Below, piece after piece: positions 56,397-64,000 of a stretch of 64,000 nt of DNA (the first letter of the stretch is position 1; every line of letters begins with the position of its first letter). A model generated the notes under the pieces. It was not told the origin of the DNA, did not search any database, and saw nothing but the letters and a program-made list of their open reading frames with translations. Source of the DNA: Eledone cirrhosa (taxonomy: Eukaryota); NCBI GenBank assembly GCA_964016885.1, contig OZ024740.1, positions 396,862,001 to 396,926,000 of the forward strand, read 5' to 3'. The position numbers were made by a program, and so were the translations under genes.

Positions 56397-58589
56397 TGTA
56401 CGCCTTCCATACACATGCACACATGTGTGTATCATGACTCGTGCACTGTTCATTTTACTGATGTTTGTGCATTGCCCTATGTACTGTACATGCACTTTTT
56501 TGATGAGTTGTGGTGCACCTGGGCACTGTACACAATATTTCATTATTGTTATTGTTATTATATCATGACTCATACACTGTTTATTTTCCTGACATTTGTA
56601 CATTATTCTATGTACTATACATGCACCTTTGATGAGTTGTAGTGCACCTGAGCACTGTACACAATAATTTCATTATTATTATTATTATTATCTACAATCA
56701 AAGTGAGCCACAACAGGATTTGAACTCAGAATGTAAAAAGCTGGAACAAACTGTCCAAAGCATTCTACCTATTGCTCTAATGACTCTGCAAAGCTACTGG
56801 ACTTTAATTATTGACTCTGGAGAGACAACAGGTAAAGTTAATCTCAATAGTTTTTAAACTAAGAATACAAGAAGCCAGGATAAATGCTGTACAGCATTTT
56901 GTTTAATGCTTTAACACTTCTGCCAAATTTTCATCTATGCTATATTACACTAAATCTTGAATTGCATATCCCTTCATTCTTTACATGTATTTATATCTAT
57001 ATACATATTGTTTCACTGGTTTTGAATTCAGAATCTTCTTGTGAAGAATTACTGAACTGTTATACATTATACCACAGTCTTCTGAAATAAAGCACTCAAA
57101 AGATGAATACCACTGATACAGGTTCAGATTGACATATCTGCAGTACAGCATATTGTTACTATTCTTAATCTTATCTTATTTCCTCAGAGAGCCTAGAATC
57201 CTGAAATGTGACCTCACTACTTTTTCCCACTCCTTACTCAGTCTTCCTCTATGGCTAACTGCAGCCACTTACTGCAGATGAGACAAATTCATTTCAAAAC
57301 AAATGGTTGTCATAACCAGTCATATAACTGTATAGGGCTGCTGGGGACCACAAAAAACAGTAGTAATCCAAAAGAAGGATAGAATGGAATTGATTTCCAT
57401 TACTTTCTCTGAGTTAAAAGCATAACTAAAACTTAGCAATGGAAGTTAGCAAAATACTTATCAATTTTATGTCCTATTACTGCTTATAGTGGTGAACTAT
57501 ACTAATAAGTGGTTGCTTAAACCAGCAAGAAAGAGCATCCTAATTTCCTTCAATTCCAACCCTACCAATTTAAAAAAATAAAAACACAAGTAGTCCTAGA
57601 TATATCATGTAAAGAAACATCTTGGGGGCCACAGATAGATTGCCTTTGATCATAAGTTAAGTCAATCAGGCTGAGGCTAGATAACAACAAAGCCAATGGA
57701 GGGATCTCTACATGGTTGCTTTAACTTCAAAAATAGGAGTCAAATCATCTCTCAACACTCTACTGTCTTAAAAATGAAAGAGCACATGTAGTCTTACATA
57801 GACATAAAGAGTTTTAAAAAATGAGCCATAGATAGAATGCCTTTGATCTTATAGGTCTGCTCATCCAGGGATGACCTGGGGTTAAACAACAACAGCAACA
57901 CTGTATTTTGAACAAAACAAAATTTGGTATTAAGTCTTAAATATTGTAGGTAATTGATTGCTTGGTACCCTATTATCTCAGTCACCTACACACTCCATCT
58001 CAGTTATCAGCATGTAAAATCAGTTATTCCATTTAGTATAGTGGGTTACTATCCACTATTGTTCCATTTACCCAGTAACAGTTTTTCAAAAGTACATTTA
58101 CTCCCACCGTTTTGTTTAGTAATTTGAATTTACATTTTTACTATAATACAGCAAATGATAAAAGGAAAACTTAAAAATACTGTTTTTAACATTATCATTT
58201 TTGGTTATAATTATAACACAAAACAATGTTATTTCACTTACATATAAACAACTAATGATGAATAAAGAGATACAGGTACTTAAACCAATACTGTCAATCA
58301 TTGTAAACATGTCAATGAGGCATATACAGGTTGTTAAGCCCAAAGCAGTAGAAAGTAAATATATTAGAATTTTAATAATAAATTAGACCTACTTCAAATA
58401 TTTTTTTCAACTTAAGATTGTTTTTAATAATAAATGAAAAAATATTAACAAATACAGACACAGGAAATTTACCTTCCTGGGAGTAAATTTACATTAGGCT
58501 AGCGTCAGAAATATTATTTATTGTAAACTGAAAATAGAATTGATTTGCATTGAAAACAGAATAAAAATGTATAAAGCTAGAGTACTTAC

Positions 58590-58809
58590 GCTGAAACATT
58601 TTCAAATGTTTGGTCGGTGGAGTCTTGTCGAGGTAAACTGACCTGATCACCCCAGGCAGACTGAGAGCTCAGCAATGGAGATCTTCCGTACCCCATTTTT
58701 TTTAACCTGCTAGAATCCCGGTTAAACTTTGAAAATTTGAATGGAGAAAGTTGGTGTCCTGATATCGAAGTGTCTTTGCTACTCGACGACTCCAAGCTTG
58801 CCCGACGTC
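58590..58809 (-). CDS. Internal coding exon of an unidentified host gene (Ser-rich, RRAS and RQDS kinase-site motifs)
   Basis: Acceptor ttgtctttgtttttgtag|, donor |gtaagt, 220 nt, phase 1 to 2. Open frame (G)RRASLESSSSKDTSISGHQLSPFKFSKFNRDSSRLKKMGYGRSPLLSSQSAWGDQVSLPRQDSTDQTFENVS(A). GC/CpG higher than the flanks. Confidence 0.75.
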
Positions 58810-61800
58810 CTACAAAAACAAAGACAAATCAATGTCAAACATAATTCCAAGTTATGTTTTTTATACACATTTTAGAAATAAATATTTTGTTATAATATTA
58901 GGTATACAAATTATTGTAAAAATAAAAATAAGAAAAAAAAAAAACCCTGTAAAGGCAGCAATAGATAAGCTACTGGTATAACAAATCAGTGATATGTTTT
59001 GGAGTGGAGGTGTATCTTTGATTAAACTGATCTCAGTTTTATTGGTACTTATTTTTATAACTGCATAGGAATGAATCAAGAAGCTGAAATCAGTGAGATT
59101 TAAATGTAAAGTAGTCATATACTGAACAAGATACAACCATGCCAGAAAGACAAACAACTGAAGAAAAAGAAAATCCCCAAACTTAAAAAATGTATGTTCT
59201 CAATGATCTCTAAAGCACTAAACATTGGAATTAATTTATTTTATGGCAAATTTATGAGATTAATCATTAACTGGCATTTTATAAATATTCTTATTTCTAC
59301 TTTGATGCATAAATTATAACAGTTATCATTTTACATTCACTTTTCCATACTTATATAAAATATTTTGATTATATCTTCGATTTCAATTCATAGTTGTTAT
59401 AAAAAGTCTGACACTCAAATACATGTCACAACAAGCAGAATAATGTAGATTTCTCTAATCAATGGTTTTTGACAATCTATAATGCTATGAGATATTACAA
59501 GATTGAATTTTAAAATTAGAATTTCTATATTTTGGTAAAGTACATGACCCAGTTTTTCTCAAATGACTGACTGACAAATTGATTTCATTTTTATTTTCCA
59601 GCTGAATGGTTAGTCACAAAGAAAGTGAGCAGTACAAAACAACTATTTCAATTATATGTAGAATTTAATAAAAACAAACCAAATAAAAACACATCCAACT
59701 GTGCTAGTGTAAAGGTTGTTGCTTACCTATGGTCAGAGGCATTCCAGTTGTGACCATCCTATCGATTTTTCTGATATTCTATGCTCCTGTACATTATTAA
59801 ATGTGTCCTTTCTTTTTAAAAGTGTGGTTTAAGGGAGAGTTTGGCTGCTATTTTTAGCAGACTTAATGACCAAGTAAAGGTTCTTTAGGAGTTTGGATAA
59901 GCAAATGGATAAACTATTAATTAGTCCAATCGTTCATTGCATAGAAGTTTCAATATGCTGCAGATATTTTGTATAGGATTTATTTCAATTCCCTCTAGTT
60001 GCCAGGAATACATGATCATTTATTTAGTAATATTGTTATGGCTTACATATGTGCAGCTTTGGCTGGCTTTCTATGAAGTCATATCTCATTTGAGGTTTCA
60101 TTGGGGATTTAATGATAGGGTCCTCAGTCCTATCATGTCATCATTTTTATGGCAACAAGAGACAGAATTTGAACACAGAATGCACAAAGCTATAACAGAT
60201 ACTGCAAGGGATCTAACCCAATGCTCTAATAATTGTGATAATAAAGTGCTTTGGACTGATTCTTTATTTATTGACCACAAAAGGATGAAAATCAAAGTTC
60301 ACCTGAGTGGGATTTGAACTTAAAGTGCAGAGAGTGTGAACAAATACTGCAAAGCATTTAATCCAATGTTACCTATGATAGACTGACAGCCTATCAAAGT
60401 GGGTATTTATTTCTTAACAGCTTAATACCATAAAAAAGGAACTAAGTAAGCCCTTAAAAAAACTTTATATCTTCAGCTGTGCCATAGACATGCACCTTCC
60501 CTAATGTTGGTGATCTATGTGATAAACGACCACACAGTACACTCTGTAAGGTAGTTGGTAATAGGAAGGGTACTCAGATATAGAAAACCTATCCAACAAA
60601 GAGTAAGGAAGACTCTTCAGCTATGCTAAAGACCTGACAACTTCCCTAGTGTTGATGTCATGATAAAAAGCATTTGGTAGATCATATGTGCCCCAAAGGG
60701 CCACCTAGCCGAAGGCCCATCTAGAGGTCAGAGGCGCCGCTTGAGAACTGACCTGTCTGTTGTGATATGTCCAACCCTTGCTTGCAGGGAAAATGGTGAT
60801 GACTACAGCCATGCTAGCATGAAAAAATATGTAAACTAAAAAAAATAAAAAATGATTCTTAGTTAATTAATCTTTGATGTCTTTAACTGAAAATAGTTAC
60901 TTAAGCATTTTCATAATTGGAGATTCTAATCAGCTTTAGTCCAACCTTAAAACCATGATACCCCTTCCTATCGTATAATTTTCAATTGTTTCTATCATTT
61001 TCCCTGTATTTGACACCCTGTCATATTGCAATATCAAACAATATATACAAAACAAATAGTAATGGTGATTACTTTACTGTTTTTTTAAAAATATTAAGTA
61101 AAATTTTCATTTAAGAAAAGCTTTAGAGCATTGGATAAAATGGTTTGCAGTATTTATTCTAGTTCCTTGCATTTTGAGTTGAAATGCTATTGAAGTTGAA
61201 TATGCCATTTAACCCTCTGGGGTAGATAAATGGAGTCTAGGGAAGTTAATTGACAGAACCACTGATTGGGATGTCATGGTATTTGTTTTGGCTCTTTGCA
61301 TTCTGAGTTCAAATTCTGCTGAAGAATATTTAGATGGTAGACTTAATCCATCACACAGTTTGACACCTCAACCATCGCCATTAGTTTCTTTTAGTGGAGT
61401 CCACTCAGTTGAAAGCATTTGAGCTAGATCTATGGTTTGATGATACCTTCCTGAAGGTCAGTGATCCTTGAAACACATTTAATCAAGCATATTAAATATC
61501 ACCATTTAATGGTTGTAATTTATTGAAGATTTAAAATTTTATCTTATATCTAATTATTTTTGGTGTATGTGAAAGTGTGGGTTGTAATATATGTAGAATT
61601 GTGGAATTACATTTATATTCTGTTCAGCAACACAGAAAAATATTGAGTGCAAAAATAAAATATTACGCAGTAATTTTTTTTCAAATTAAGATGACAAAGA
61701 GTAATTGAATAAAAAACATGTAGATCCCAAAAAGTTAAGAAACATTTTTAAGGATTTAAAAATAATCTTAGAAATTAAAATATAAAAAATATAAAAATAT

Positions 61801-62492
61801 TAATATTAGCTTCATGTTAGAGTAAAAAAAAAAAGCCAATCCTTTGTCAAGAAGCTATGAAGAAATAACACAATGAATATCTCGAGTTCTCTCCCTTAGA
61901 CGGTAACCTATAAATAGAAACGAAAGTTTTAAATCTTTGAAAACTCACGTTATAACTTTCTCACAGATGAACTCCCAATATTTGAGTGTTTTGATTTGTT
62001 TAAATGTAAATGTGCATTTTCGCCTTAAATCCTGGGCTAACCAATAATATGTCAAAAACACGACAATCTCCCAAGTGTTGGTATCGCGATAAAACGCACC
62101 TGATACACTCTTTAGTGTGTAGGTATATATATATGTAAGCCAGAAGCAGACATCAGCCCTGCTTGAAAGATTTGTAGCTCCGACTAAGTACTGACATGGT
62201 CTGTTATAACTTGTCCAACACTTTGCTAAGAGAAAAAAATAAACGTTAAATGGTAATGATGATGATGATGTTGATATATAACTAAACTAAACTACAGCTG
62301 TCACTTGCAATTGAGTATGACTTGGTAGTATTTACTATGCTTTTAGGTACCCATGCAGTCATGAGCAAACACGGACACTCATTTGACACTCTCTTCTTTG
62401 ACCTATTTATTGATCACAGAAAATTATTATATATTTTAGTTAATTATACAAATTTGTATAAAAATGTGATTTTTTAAGGTTCAGTAATGTAC

Positions 62493-62550
62493 CTCTCTGC
62501 GGTCTGTACCCCTAGGTGGCTGCCTTTTTGGTCTAATGGAAGCACCAGTT
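62493..62550 (-). CDS. Candidate 58-nt exon
   Basis: Acceptor cttttacctttatgtaatcag|, donor gag|gtacat (weak). GC-rich patch; two of three frames open (LVLPLDQKGSHLGVQTAE or TGASIRPKRQPPRGTDRRE). Confidence 0.35.
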
Positions 62551-63211
62551 CTGATTACATAAAGGTAAAAGCTGTCTTTAAATATTTGTTTATCAAATAT
62601 TTTCAGAGGCTGCCCCCATTGTTGTATCCTACCCAGTTATTTTCGTTATTACTATTATTACACACTTTATTCTTCTCTAGAACCGACACCTAGCTACTCT
62701 GTTAGTCTGTTACTAATTTTCCAAATGTTGCACCAGGTTTTATTTCAGGTGACTAACCCTTCACTGTGTGTTCGCTAAAAATATTAATTTCCAATTTTTA
62801 TACTTCGGATTCGGCAATTCAAGTGAAAGTAAATGAAATCACGTGGAAAAAGTCACACTTATGATGAGGTCTCAATTGGATCTTCATTGTTTTCAGTGTG
62901 TGTGTGTTTTCTACTGTTTTTCTATGGCATCTAAATAAAATGTGACCTTTTCTCTTATGACTTTTTTCTGTAACTTTTATTTCCAGATTCGAATCAAATT
63001 CACACCAGATGAACATTATAATAAACAAGAACATATGATATCCAAAACCTTTCAAGGTAAGTTACTCTTACATACAGAATAATATAGAGCAGTTATATCG
63101 AGTTACTTCCCCTATGCCAATAATTTATATGGACACTTTCAGACGTAGCAATTCACATACAATCTCCCGCAAAAAGTATATATATATATATATATATATA
63201 GATATATAAAT

Positions 63212-63552
63212 AAAGTAGAAGGGATATTTAATTTGTTGGAAATTCAACAAATATAAATGTTTATAACTGATTCAGCGCACTCGACAAGTTTCTGGAGTAA
63301 ATATTCAATGATATTAAATAAATGGAAACTATATTTATAAAACCATATTTATTCAAGGGTACCAAAAACTTTGGTACGCTTTCATCAGATAAAAATCAAA
63401 GAGTGTTTTATAAATTTTGACATAGCCAAGGAAACATACCTTATCAGTTTAATTTTCCAAGGAAAGCGTACCAAAGTTTTTGGTACCCTTGAAATATATA
63501 ATAGAATAAATATGGTTTTATAAATATAGTTTCCATTTATTTAATATCATTG
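63212..63552. mobile_element. Mini head-to-head remnant related to the Naiad-like element, with broken hammerheads
   Basis: Arms 63307-63383 and 63462-63551 are homologous to ~47711-47810. Left-only tail is homologous to 47811-47898. Minus arm keeps CUGAUGA-stem II-GAA; plus arm keeps stem II-GAAA. Confidence 0.75.
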
Positions 63553-64000
63553 TATATATATATATATATATATATCCAGGTGAACCTACAGTAACTCCAA
63601 GTTACACTCCCTGTATGTATATATAACTGGTGAGATGTATATATAAGTGAGAGCTGCTAGTGCACATACTTAAATATGGAATTATACGCATATATATATA
63701 TATGCAATTATATATATATGCATTTAAAAACAAAATCTGATAAATTCACTTCATATTTATCATATATTTCTTGGTGTTAAAATTTCCGTCATTCTGCTTG
63801 TAACATCATGGTCACTGACATAGTTCCAGCAGGTCACAAACAGTGTGACGAGAATTTTACATGGCACTGTGCCAGTGTTTATATTGTAAACAGTACAAGG
63901 AAAATGTTGACACCAAGAAGTAAATAATAGATATAAAGTGAATTTAATAGTGCTTATGTGTTTTCAATGGCTAAGATGATTCTTTTATGATGTAATAGCA

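Overview
Eukaryotic, AT-rich, microsatellite-laden genomic DNA. The SINE and RTE sequences match what I recall of octopus (coleoid cephalopod) repeats; this is recognition, not a database hit. Almost all short ORFs in the track are microsatellite artefacts. The window appears to be mostly intron of a minus-strand gene, with one well-supported exon (58590-58809) and weaker candidate exons (62493-62550, 8635-8767). It is packed with transposon material: RTE-clade LINE pieces, a nearly intact CR1-group LINE (polyQ ORF1, candidate -1 frameshift into ORF2, an inverted copy of its own 3' end at its 5' end), tRNA-derived SINEs, piggyBac-, Tc1/mariner- and pogo-type MITEs, and a decayed Chapaev3-type transposon. 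The most striking pattern is about ten palindromic, head-to-head insertions in (TA)n tracts. Two carry Penelope-like GIY-YIG coding sequence and several carry minimal type I hammerhead ribozymes on both arms. In most, one arm stops at a family-fixed point while the other carries an extra tail. No CRISPR, rRNA or genuine tRNA genes were found.
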